From contig NC_087436.1 in NCBI RefSeq assembly GCF_036321535.1, positions 57,848,001 to 57,912,000 on the forward strand: a stretch of 64,000 nucleotides of DNA. The letters are read 5' to 3'. Position 1 is the first letter of the stretch. Every line of letters starts with the position of its first letter. The notes beneath the pieces were generated by a model, which was not told the DNA's origin, searched no databases, and saw nothing but the letters and a program-made list of their open reading frames with translations. Positions 40,632 to 53,630 of the stretch are shown in pieces. The stretch is from Camelus dromedarius (lineage: Eukaryota). A program made the translations under genes and the position numbers.

Positions 40632-40680
40632 TATATTTTTATTAAACAAGGATATATTTTTATTAAACAAGGATATATTT
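40632..40680 (+). repeat. Perfect 21-bp tandem duplication (TATATTTTTATTAAACAAGGA x2.3)
   Basis: Copies at 40632-40652 and 40653-40673, partial third copy at 40674-40680. Confidence 0.9.
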
Positions 40681-40766
40681 CGCTGTAATGAGGTCAGACC
40701 GATCAAAGATGGATTCTTAGTGCTCTCTCCATCAGATTTATGAAATTGCTAGCAGAGACGAGTTCA

Positions 40767-41084
<318 letters not shown>

Positions 41085-44000
41085 TTATTTAATACAGTAA
41101 CAGAAACACAAAACTATCAATGAGTTGTTATCTGGAAATGCTAAGGGATCCTGTTACTGTAATACATTTGTTTAATGCTTAGCTCACATCCAAATGAAAA
41201 CAACAACACACATTCATTAAAATAATCAACTCATTTGTAGTTGCTGTCTGTACTTCAAATTATATACATTATGTATATAATTAATTAATACTTAAATAAT
41301 TTGAAACACAGCAATTGACTTAAATATACTTTATCAATAATAAGTTTATAGTATATTGAAAACTTCAGAAAAAAATGTGTTGTATAAACATTGGGAAAAG
41401 TCAGAAAGTAGGTTGCTTTTATGCTTAATTATTCGTTAATGGATTTCAAAGTACCTTGAGTACCTAGGAAGATAGTTGCAATGTAAGAGTAATATATATC
41501 GTTCTTAGCAATGAAAAATTGGGTTCTTAAATAAGATAGGTAGAGAGACAAAGAGGAGATGTTATTTTCAAAAAGACTTTTCCTAATGATTTCTTTGAAC
41601 TATTGATGTTAATTCATACATTTCTCTTGGTAAGGAACAGATAAAGTGCTCACTAACTGTTGAATAATTAACTGAGTATATAATTGTGGTCTTAACATAA
41701 AGATGGAAAATTATGTTGATTAATATAGTGTGAGCTCCAGTGCTCTTTATACAAACCAATACTATTTTGCATGTGAGCATTTGTGAAACTCAAGGAAAAG
41801 CAATTTCTATTTCCTTTTCCCCACCAACTCCTAACTCCAGACTTAAATTTTAGGATTTGACTCAATCATAAATGTAGAAGTAATAAAAATAAAATATTAT
41901 TTTTACAACATACACCTGTTCTAATTGAACATTGTTCTAATTGGAATTTGTCAGAATAGAAGTGATCAGAATAAATTTAATTTTAATGCAGTCTTTTACT
42001 TAGGCCGTTTGTGCTTCAAAGTGCCCATTTGGAACCTTTTAAACCAATGAAGTCTTTACAATTAATATATCATTGGTTTCGATAGATTCTTATGGCAACA
42101 GAAATAAAAGATTTGACACAAGAGACATTTTGGACTGGAGTGAGCCATTTCTCAGTTTTGTTTCAAAGACTTAGAATAATGGAAGAGAAAGAGATGATTT
42201 ACAAGTGTATATTTTCTTCATTTCCTTACTAAGCTAATCACATATTATTCTTTCTTATAGCACATAGTGGCTTTAAAATTCATCCTTTACTTATGATCTT
42301 TATGAAATACAGATTTTTCTGAAAATAAAATAACACCTGCCATCAGCTATGTCTAGTGTAATATCCTGGATTTCCGGTCGATTAATCCTTAATGTACCAT
42401 AAAAAATGATTTTCCTCAGTTTAAAATGCCGTCTTTTTCCTTTAGTGTGTGTCATTTCACTGGCCACCAAAATTTCTGCCTGGCAAAAAGCAGGTCACTT
42501 TTTAATTCTCTGTCATCTACTCAGAGTAAAATTAGTGTTCTGTCAACTCCATTTTAAGCCTGAACTTTAACCAGAAAACTTTAAAAGTTAATTAATATTG
42601 CTATTCAATTATCTTTACATTTAAAAAAATTTCATATTGTGCAGACAGGAATTTTCATTTAAAAGGACAATGAAAAAACTAACTTTTCTCATAACCTTGA
42701 CTAAGTTGTGTTTTATACGTGGTCTTTTTTTCTTTAGCAGTAGATTTATCAACATTTTGTCAAACAGCATCATTTCTACATGTTCCACTCATGGTGAACT
42801 ACAAATCAGAATATTAGAACAAAAACTTACATTTATTAAGTCCTTACTATATATTAAGCAAAATGCTAAGTACATAACCTATTATCTTATTTACTGCTAA
42901 AAATTACATTCTGATTCAGATACTGTTATTCTCACTGATAAATAAACAGGAGATTCCAAGCTCTTCATTCAAAATATTCTCTATTCATAGTATGAATTCA
43001 TAAATGTCATCACAAGAGACATTTCTGAAATAATTATACAAGAAATCCATTTTTACTTACAGGAATTATTTAGATTAATATTCATGAATGGTAGGAATTA
43101 AAACTCTAAAGATATATTATTCCAGCATTTAATAGCCTGATGACTCTACAAGGAATGATAAAGTCATCTATCATGAGCTAAAGTCTTTAAGAGGACTATT
43201 TTTAAACCCACAAAAGGAGATGGTTAACTTTTACAGGTTCTAAAAGCTGAAGTTCTCAGGTGTCTAAGCGACTATATCTGAGAAAATGTCAATTTGAATT
43301 GAGTATATTTTGCCTATTATTATTTGGGAAAGGAAAAAGAAAGTAATTTTCTGGGAGGAAAGAATCTGCCATTCTGAATGAAGTTAACAGACAGTCTGTC
43401 ACAAAAAATTCACTTGCAGTCTTAGTTTTGACACCTGATCTCAAAAATAGTTTGATAGTGATATGAAAACTTGATTAGGCAGCTGCTTTATATTTACAGA
43501 ACTGCATTTTCAAAAGGTGCATTTCAAGAGTAGCAGATGCAATGTTATATAAACACTAAAAGCCAAGGGAATCCTTAATCTATCAAGAGATATTTTAAAT
43601 GAAAAAGAAATCCGTAAGTAAACTTCTGTATTAAAACATGGAACTACTGTATAATCTACTGGAATCTATACTGTTCTAATGCTCTGAACTTTAAAAATGT
43701 TTAAACCATCTGATTTTTTAAAATAACCATGTGAAGAACTAGTCTGCCACTCACTCTCTCAAACAGCCCATACTACCCAAATGTGCTCATCTCTATAAAG
43801 ACATGCACATTTCCTTTATTTGAAAGAATTTAAAGACGCTAAATTATAAAATTATTTTTCTTTTTTGTGTTATTTTTTGACTAAGTGTATTTATGAAATA
43901 AGAACTAACAGTGCAATACAAATAAACAAATACATTTTAGTGTACCTAACTTTTCTCAATTTTTCTTCTTTAGGAGCAAGGCATACAGTCTTTTTCCCCC

Positions 44001-46849
44001 AAAATAATTTACATGGATAATCAAAAATTATTAAGAATCAAGTCAATAAATCCAAGAGAAGATTCTTGTTCACTTTGCTGTGCCAGTTTAATGTAGGATG
44101 GACTCTGAACTGTGTAAGAGACAAGAAAGAGGAAAGCTAAAATATTTGGTAGGGATACAACTCCATCCAGAAACAGCCACTTCCCAGAACAAATCTTTTA
44201 GGAAAACTGGATCACTCCTGAATCCTTGTAGGGTATCAGCTTTAGGCTTAAGTTAATAGACTTCTGGTGAAGGAAAGACTCTCAAAATCCATTAGATCAG
44301 ATGCCAATCTCTACTATATAAACTATTTCAGAGAAGGGGCCCCTTCCTCCTTTTCCTGTTCTTTTATTTCTTAAAATGTTACAAAGTTCTTGGCTCCTAG
44401 TAGATACTTATTAAATACTGATAAATTTAAAAAACGAATGATAAAAAAAAAAAAATGAAGACTTTACCCAACCACCTTCTAAAGACAGATGCCTACAACT
44501 GTAAGTACAGGCACTGGGATGATTTAATAATGTGATCTATTCTAAATAAAGCAAATTTTAGTAATGATATTAAGCAGTGTACTATGTGGTGTCATTTAAA
44601 AAGATTATGCTTTTCGTTGGTATTGTTTTGCTGATACGTTTATATTCTTCATGTTATTGCAAAGATGACCCTTTGATGCTTCCATCAAGTTTAATGTTAA
44701 TGCGAAATAACTTATACAAATATTATGAAATGTGAAACAACACCAGCTGTAGACTGTAAGAACAGGAAGAGGAGCAGAATGGCAGCTTTCTGCTTGACAT
44801 ATTCATTACACACTTAGGCTTTTCAAATCTCAAAAGAACAATAAGAACTTCTCCTTAACGGCACAATTCAGTAGTGATTAACAGAAAATAATGGCTTAAA
44901 CTATTTAAATAAGAAGTCAGGACACCAAAGGTCAGGCTGAGTATCAACAGCTAATAGAAGGGTGCGCATAGCATTATGCTAAACAGTGCATAGCTTCCTA
45001 TCTGAATGTCTAACTTTTGTAAAACTTAAATAAAGTGCTAGGCCATCTGCTTCAGGACCCTGAAGGGATGACAGTACTTATGTGGAAAGGCTGTTCTGTG
45101 CTTCAGCCACTGATTGCAGGGAGAAGATAAATACCATTACCAACTACTAACAGATGATTGATTACACCATATGAGCTAGCACGGACTCTCATTATTATAG
45201 CACACTTGATGCAAATGAAAAAAATACATTGTTTTCAAGTTTCAACATCAATTTGTATCATGATGCACAATGCCAACTTTGATTTATAGTTTCTCTTTGA
45301 GAAACTGTTGGTGCAATAAGATTAAATAAATGTTTGCAAGCCATTTTAAAATTAGCAACAAAATAGTAGCTACACAAACCAAACTAGACACATTCGTGAT
45401 TCCCATGTTCAGTCAAAATGGGCATCTGCATGTTGTTGGGTTTTGTGGTTGTTGATCCTTTTAGAGTCTATCTTCCTAGCAAATTTGAGAAATCCTTGTT
45501 TCTTCTTTTATGGAGACTAGGGTAAATTATGATTCATCCATTATAAACAGGACTGAAAGTGAAATAAAGGTAGTGAGACTCAAGTTTCCTTTGGAGAGAA
45601 TGAGGTGATTGAATGGAATCACATGGAAGAATGGGTGCTGACCACAGATATATTGAAGGATGGTCTTTGTTCGGGATGAAAATACAGAAAATATGCTTGA
45701 TCTCTGAGTTGTAACCTAGCTTAGAAAATATAATGACCAAGGTAAACAGTGTGTGCTGTGAACATCAAATTTTTCAAAGGTTAAGTAGTACTGACTTGCC
45801 ATCTTGCTAAAACGACATCTCTGCTCAAGGACTAGCAAGGAGGGCTGTGAGTAAAACAGAGATAAGAGTTCCAGTAATGGTAAAGTGAAGTTATAGTTAT
45901 GACAGTTTACAGTAGAAAACCCAAGTGTGAAGGGGAGAAAAGAACTGAGGTCTTCTATACTGTCTTCTACACTTCTAGCATTTATTGAGTTATTTGCTGG
46001 TTAGATTGCTTTGTTTGTGTGGATGTTTTCTTTGCAAAATGGTGGCCCAAATTATGGAATGTCCATTTGGAGACATCATTCGCCCTTCTAATATTTTATG
46101 AAATAAAATTTAATAAGTTCAACAAAAGGAGTTATAATATTTATTAAATATATATTAAAATATAACTGTATTATTCTTTCCAAGATAATCATCATCAATG
46201 AAACACATGATAGTTTACTCAGTCAGATTTCCTCTTTATAATATGAAGAAGCGATTTCTTCCACAGTACAAACTGACAAATAAGCGTTAGACAGACGGCC
46301 ACTGGTATTCTGGAAAGCTCTCTTTACCTGGGTTCATACTTTTAATATTCAGGTATAGTGCTAGAAGTTAAATTGAATATGGAAAAAAGTTAATTCAGGG
46401 GTCCCTTCTGCAATCTTGCCAAAGAATAGAAAGGAATGGGCATTTCCATTTATACATTATAGGTATTAATAGGCTTGATTAATCCATGTCTCTAAGGAGG
46501 CAAGAAATCACTTTTTTCCCCTAGTCAGCTCTACTGATGCAAACAAGTAAAATGGCTCCAGCTTGTTTTACAACAGAAAAGCCTGTGTGGTCTATCCACT
46601 GCCGTCAGTAGGTGGGGAATAAAAGCAAGGTGAGACAAAAACAGGAATTATGAGGAGTCTCTACTCCAAAAAATAGTAGCCTAGAAAATAATAAGCTAAA
46701 GACAAAAAGTAACAAGATATGGATCCTCTAAGATTGAAATTTAGGTAGCAGAAATTTCAAAAATATAATCTGTAAGGAAAATTATCGAAGCAAAAGAAAA
46801 TGAAGTAAGAACAATCAAAGCTTTAGGCTGGAAAGGACTAAAAGGTTTT

Positions 46850-47690
46850 ACATTCCATTATCACCTCTTCATAGTTGTGTAAATTTTGGCAAACTGTTTA
46901 ATTTATTTGAACCTTAGATTCCTTGCAGAAAAATAGAAATGAAAATACCTCATTTGAAAAGTTATTATGAAGGTTTGTTAAGTTTCCCTTTTCCTTTTAC
47001 TCTATCTTGATATCTAGTCAATCGAGACAGAAACTTGAGTGGTATTAGAACATTAAAGTTATTAAAAACTTTATTGAAAAGCAGATCTCACATACACACA
47101 TTATCTGTGGGGATCTCAGAAAAACACATCCTAATTTGACATAAGAAATTCACTGACAAATCATGTAGACCTAAAGTTTGGCAGACCAACAACAGATTTG
47201 TAAGATGTCTCCAGTGCCTTTAAATTGAGTGAAAAAGAGCCAACAAGGGAGCTAAAACTCCATCAGTGACGTGTGGTGCAGGAGAAACCACTTGAACTGA
47301 GAACCGGTTTTACTTTTCTGTGTAAGAAGAGACAAATCATATGCTTTCCATGGCCCTGACTCCCTCATTACTTCATAATAATATTTAGCGTTCAACAAAA
47401 TAATGTGTGAGAAAGTGATCTGTGAACTTCACCGTGCTCTTCTCATTACTGCAGCACTATTTATTGTCTTTTGTCAGGACTGTGTTACGGATACTGGATA
47501 ATACTTCACTTAATTTTTATCATGAACTTGTAAAGTAAATGTTACTATACATACAAACAAAGCAGTCTGAGGCACAGGATGATTATACTATATTTCCATA
47601 GTAACACGGCTAACCAGTTGTATAGCCAGGATGGAGCCGATCTGGCTAATTGCAAAACCAGTACTCTTGCCCAAAATGCTGTTTTGTTCC
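46850..47690. mobile_element. Cluster of MIR fragments (plus ~46850-46980 and ~47270-47440; minus ~47470-47690)
   Basis: MIR core-like segments, e.g. GGCAAACTGTTTAATTTATTTGAACCTTAGATTCC and TCTGAGGCACAGGA..GCCAGGATGGAGCC. Confidence 0.6.
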
Positions 47691-48464
47691 TGAGACAAAA
47701 CTTGTTATTCAATCATTCAATATTTAGTATCTATTGATAAATAATACATAATTTTTATTCATAAGTGATAGTTAACGTTGAATCCTAGGTCTCGTTGAGA
47801 ACAGATTCACATGATCTCATTATTTATCCCTGACTGACCTCTCACTGTCCTCTCCAATTCTGACTGGCAGGTGCTAATAGAATAATTTGTTTCAGAGGGC
47901 TCTCATATTGTAATAGTGTATTTTTATCTTATGTATGGTCCTTAGAAAATTCAAAAAACTTTCACAAGGGATTTGACAAGTGGGTGAATTTTAAAACAAT
48001 AGTATTGCTTTATGAAAAGAAAAACAATCTGCTCTTGTTTATTCATATTCATGTGCTGAACTATTTAATCTTTGTGTAAAGGGGGGTGGATATAAAAGTT
48101 CTAGAAACAACAGTAAAATATAAATGGAACATAAGCACTCCACTGGGAGGAATTCACTGTGCTGACAAAGAAGAGTGTACTTTTCATAAAGATGATCTCC
48201 CGAAGTAGGCAGTGTGTGCCAACGGAAAAGGCTAAAAGATGTTCAGTGGGGAATACGTTCTCCATGTATTTCATTCATGCAAAGTCCTTTATAATTAAAA
48301 AAAAAAAACTCCTTATTCTATTTTTATCTAACAGCATCCACTCAGTAAGCTGAAAGTTTACTTTGTGTTCTGTCTCTTGGTAGAAATTCAAGGCCCTAGG
48401 AATGCTGTGACGATACATATGAAAACAGGACCCTGAATTAACAGCAAGGTTTAGTTTAGTTTAC

Positions 48465-48518
48465 CTCATTTATAATGATCCAGTGACAGTCAAAAGCAAC
48501 CAAATTCGTCTCCACAAC
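48465..48518 (-). CDS. GRID2: GRID2 coding exon (human exon 5 equivalent), 54 nt, VVETNLVAFDCHWIIINE
   Basis: Minus-strand translation matches the GluD2 amino-terminal domain. AG acceptor at 48519-48520 with polypyrimidine tract, GTAAAC donor from 48464. Phase 0-0. Confidence 0.96.
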
Positions 48519-51500
48519 CTGGAAGAGAAAAGAACCCAGTTATCAGTCAGTATTAATTGTGGAAAACAAACCAAACTAAATAGATACACTTGCCAAATGG
48601 CAAAAAATGTATACTACACGTTAGAAAGGTCTGTGTTACTCAACTGAAGATGGAAACCATTAGTAAAACACTGTGGAAGCATGTGTTCATCTTGTAAATG
48701 CACTGTAGACTTGCTAATTAAGTTTGAAAATATAATCAAAAGCCTAGAAAAACAAAGGCTTCAATTGAAAAAAAATGTAAATAACACTTTAGTGATTTTA
48801 ACTTAGAGTAGAGTTCCAATCATATTTCCTACTCCAAATAAATTTTGATGACCTTCTATTACGTACCTAAGAAACACCTAAGTACATATTCCTCCATAAT
48901 CTGGCTCTAACTTAACATTCTTATCATCTACATCCCTGTGTATATGTTTGTTATTGTCTTGACAAAGTAAAATGCTCTATGTTCTGAAAAGTTTTGTGCA
49001 AGTGTATTCTAAGGAGATCCAATCATAAAATTACCTGAATGTAAAGACTAAACGCAATAAACATTTATACTAACATATGTTATAGGTGGGTAATTTCAGT
49101 AGCTTTTAGACCACTAGTAACATGAACAGAAAGAAAACTTATGTTAAAAGAAAAGTGAACTACATGTAGGCAACAATCTTGTCTGGATAGCTATGGATAA
49201 ATTGATTTGAAATGATCCTCAGCTAAGGACCTAAAAGTGACCCTCCTCTGTGTGTTGTCTGTGTCTCTGCGTGTGTACAGCAGAGGTCACTTTTTTTAAT
49301 CAAGGTTTCCATTCTATCCAGTTTATCATACATATTCTAAGACATGTTTTATAACTCATGCCATGGAGCAAATAGATATATAATAGGTTAAACTGATTTG
49401 AAAGAGATTATTCTGTTATTTTCAGCAACAATACCTGCAGATTACGTTTCAACTGAAGATACTTTCTAATAGCTAGCAAGGAATTGTTATAAAGTGTAAA
49501 TTACTTTTGAGGGTTATTCTTTGAGGGTATTCTGAGAAATACCTACTGAAAGATGCACTGAATTATGAAAAATACAAATGGAAATATATTTTTATGTGAT
49601 TCAACACTTTCTTAAAGTATATAATTATTTGCAGAATTCAAAAAAAATTTGGTATAAACTTTATACCATTTCCATATACATCATATAGATTCCTATGACC
49701 TTACTAATGTGTATATATAATACAGTATCATAGAAGTAAGGATATGTTATCTATTTTTGAGTTATATCATTATTATCATTTTTTGAACTAATGCTCAACT
49801 TCTAGGTGAAACTTAATGTAGAAAATACGACTCATGCAGTTTTCAGTTTTTTCAGCTTTAGCTAAAAAAAAAAATTACTTTATACCAGTAATGACACCCT
49901 TTATTTCTAATTTTATAACTATTTTTCTTTAATCATCTTAGACAAATCATCAGTAATTTATTAGCAACAAAGCTGTTAAAAAAACAAATGAGAATGCCAT
50001 AAGAATTTAATGGAATACAAACTAGAGACTCAGATATAAGCAAAGTAGTTCTCTGTATTAAAAAAAGAGCGAGAAATTATATTGAATATGGGGGGAAAAC
50101 CCACATGACTAACATATAGAAATACGAAGTATTTATAGAAAAGAGAATGAAAACCAAAATATAGATTGAAAGTACTTCTGGAACAATATTATTAGTAGAA
50201 TGAAGAAATGACTCAATTTAGCCTAAATTATCCCTGTTCAGACAATGTGTACCGTGTGGCAAGATAAAGCAAAATGCAGTCTATGAGAACTCTGTATTAA
50301 CCTGTAGAACCTAAGTAAAGACTTATTTTGTGCAACAAAATTTATGAAATAAGTAGAAGGTAAGAGTTACCTTCTTGATATGATAATGATAACATAATAC
50401 TGTGTCTATAATGATAACACTGATAATGTGTCTAGACCACAAAATTTACTCAACTTTCACACTTTGTCTTGAAATAAACTTTCAGGCAGAAGCAGAAAAT
50501 AGTATATTGGTACAGGCTCAATCGTGTGTTTCAGTAAAGGAGAAAGGCAAATATTTCATCTAAGGCCATGATACCACTAGCCATACCACCGTCCTTTGCT
50601 TAGGAAATAATCTTCTCTTACTCCTGTCTCTCTTTTACTCTTGAATACTAAACTATAAAACATTTTTCTTTATATTTTTGAAACGAGGAAAAAATATGAG
50701 CACATTACAGCAGATAAAGAAATAAATCATTTATCACAATAGCTCAAGGTCATGGAGCAGACCCCACTTCCCTACTCCGTGAACTAGTCTTATGCTAACG
50801 CTGAAACCAACCTCTGCTATGTTCAGACATTGCATTTTGGGTCTACCTGTTAGAGTAACTTAGCCTATCTTCTTTATTGCAATGCATTTTTACTAATCTC
50901 AGCTATGTGCCTTTTTCTAACCTTAATTAATTTTAATAAACACACTTATTAGAGTAATTTAAAATTCTGTGATTTTATAAAAGCATGATTTCAAAACCAT
51001 GCAATATCTGTTGGCCTTTTCATGAATACTGAATGTTCAGGGCTTTTTTTATGAGCCCATTGTTCTTTGGGGAAGGAAAATAAATTATACCAGAAAGGTA
51101 CTTAAGCATCTGGAGGTAAATGTGCCTCGTCCCTTTAATTATACAAGATATACATGGATACACAACTAAAATCCATGCTTTACTGTGGCACCATATTATA
51201 AAGAAGCTCTGAAACTTTTTTATTGCTATGTTGTACACAGAAAGTTAATGCTTCCACTCATTATTTGAGGAACTATCCACTAAAAGAGGACTATAATTTC
51301 CTTAGGTCTAGGTTAACATCTTCATGCATAACTAATGAGCTGGCATAACTTCTCTGATTTTTTATAATTGAATGTTACTAAAAGAGAGCAATGCAAAAAG
51401 CCACTAATTAAAAAGGTAACTGATATCTGTAATGGTGGAACGAATATTTAGTAAGAGGCATAAAAAGGTGATGGGGAGATCACTAGCTTAGATCTTGGAA

Positions 51501-53429
51501 ACCGACTATGTATCTATTTATATTATGTATATTCTTACATATTATTAAATATCTATATATAACCTACTATTAAACATATATATATACATACACACACATA
51601 TACACCCAGAGAAGTGAAAATTACAGTAGAGTTAAAAGAAAAGATAAAAAGGAGTGATAATGTTCTTTATCCTTTTCACATCTTATAAATTGAGCTAACA
51701 TGTAGTGAACATTCTTATAAAAGACATATTTACATAAAAAGAAATTCTCAGCCATTTGTGTAGACAGCAAATGTCAAACAACTAATTATAAATCCCAAAT
51801 CAATTCATCTAATAATTTTTATATTTGTATTAATCACTTTCCATTTAATATACTTCAGCCTAAGTAATGCTGTAACAAACTACTTTCATTACTAACTTGA
51901 AGGACTGAATTACTTCTCGATAAAGGATTCAGAAGTGATTGTACGATATCCTAGACTATTTTAAGCCTTTGTATTTATTTCCAGTTATATTAGAACTTAG
52001 AGAAAACTATTCCATTTTCTCATCTTCCTTACATAAGTAGCACATCTCCTACTTTAGCAGTAAATATATTTTAAGCCAATGAAAAGGATTAAGCAATTTG
52101 ATGGAAATTTTTTCAGTGGGAACATAGTTTACATCTAACTGCATTACTGTTGTAGTTGTTTGGTCTCATTCTGTGGATTCTTATAGATGTCTAGCAAGTT
52201 ATTCTACCCTAATTGTATTTCTTTAACCCAAAACTTCCAAAAATTTTTGACTGCTATGAAATAATGACGGTCCTAAAATAATATAGACTTTATTACCATA
52301 ATAGTAAGAAACACTGTCTAAAACATCACATTATGCTTGGGCTATCAAAAGAAAGTAGCAAGTCAGTAAGAAAAAACTATCCAATGGGGACTGTAGAAGG
52401 TTCAGTTACAAAATAAGAAGAAGAAAGGACGTATGGATTCCTCTTAGTAATCTGTTCCCTCCCCTCTTGCCCCACACCTCCCTCTTATCACTACACACAT
52501 GCACGTTAATAACGAGAGGGCGCGAGGTGCACGTTCACACGGAGCTGCTGCCACAGCGATATACAGAAACATGGTCATAACAAATAAGACTACCCCACCT
52601 CCCAAGAAGCTGAGCTTACTTTTAAGAGAACTGAACAAAAAAGGGGGAAAAAAAATCAAGTCCTGTCAGGAAGACAAGTGATGAGTAAGGACAGACCATC
52701 TGTCACTGGCAGGGACTTTAGAACTTCTGAATCTTTAGAAAAGCCCAACAATTCATCACCATGTCTTCTATCATCCGTTCTCAAATCTTTAAGATGTGCT
52801 AAATATAAGACAATCCGAAGCAAAGAAACTGCCAGTGCGTGTAGCTCACTGGTAATAAATGCAGAACAGTTCCTACAAGCTCAGAGGACAATTTAATTGA
52901 CTCAGTAATAACAGCAGCATGCTGTTTTTCACTCAACCTTGTGGCTTAACTAAATTAAGCTTACTCCCTTTGCAGGATGTACGAAATAATACACATTTAT
53001 GGAAAGGGTTCCCGTGCTCTGTGCACCTGCAGTAACAAAGATATCAAGCGTTTGCTTCCTACTCCTGCCCATTCCAAACCGTCCGGTGGAATCCTGAGTG
53101 AGTGGCGTGCCTGGGGAAGGACACCAGCAGTTATTTGGAGCGAGTGGCCAGAGAAATACTAACAGGCTACTCCCTTCCTGGCTCCTGATCTATTGTATTA
53201 TACTCATCTCAGCATTTCAGTATTCTGTGGGAAATTACTTCCACTAAAATTTGTAAGCACTGTATGGCCAAGTAGATTTAGAGATGCTAAGTTAAGCTAT
53301 GTGAAATAGATGTCATCACTGCACTAATCCTCAAAGCTTTTAACAGGTTAATATCAATACTGAAATATACTTAACCTAGGTCATATTAATCCATAATATT
53401 GTTTCATATATTATTATTTTGAGCGTATG

Positions 53430-53630
53430 GCTTCAGACTTAAGAGCAAGACTTCTAAAATCAGAGTTTTCTCCATTTTCGTAAATGTGACTTTGAACAAG
53501 TTACCAACTCTGTAAGCCTCAGTTTCCTCATTTGTCACTAGGGTTTATGATAGTGCCTTCATGATAGAATCATGACAAAGATTAAATGCAAAAATAGCAC
53601 ATAGTAAACTCTCAGTAAATACCAACTCTT
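53430..53630 (+). mobile_element. MIR SINE
   Basis: TGTGACTTTGAACAAGTTACC..GCCTCAGTTTCCTCATTTGT..GCACATAGTAAACTCTCAGTAAAT. Confidence 0.85.
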
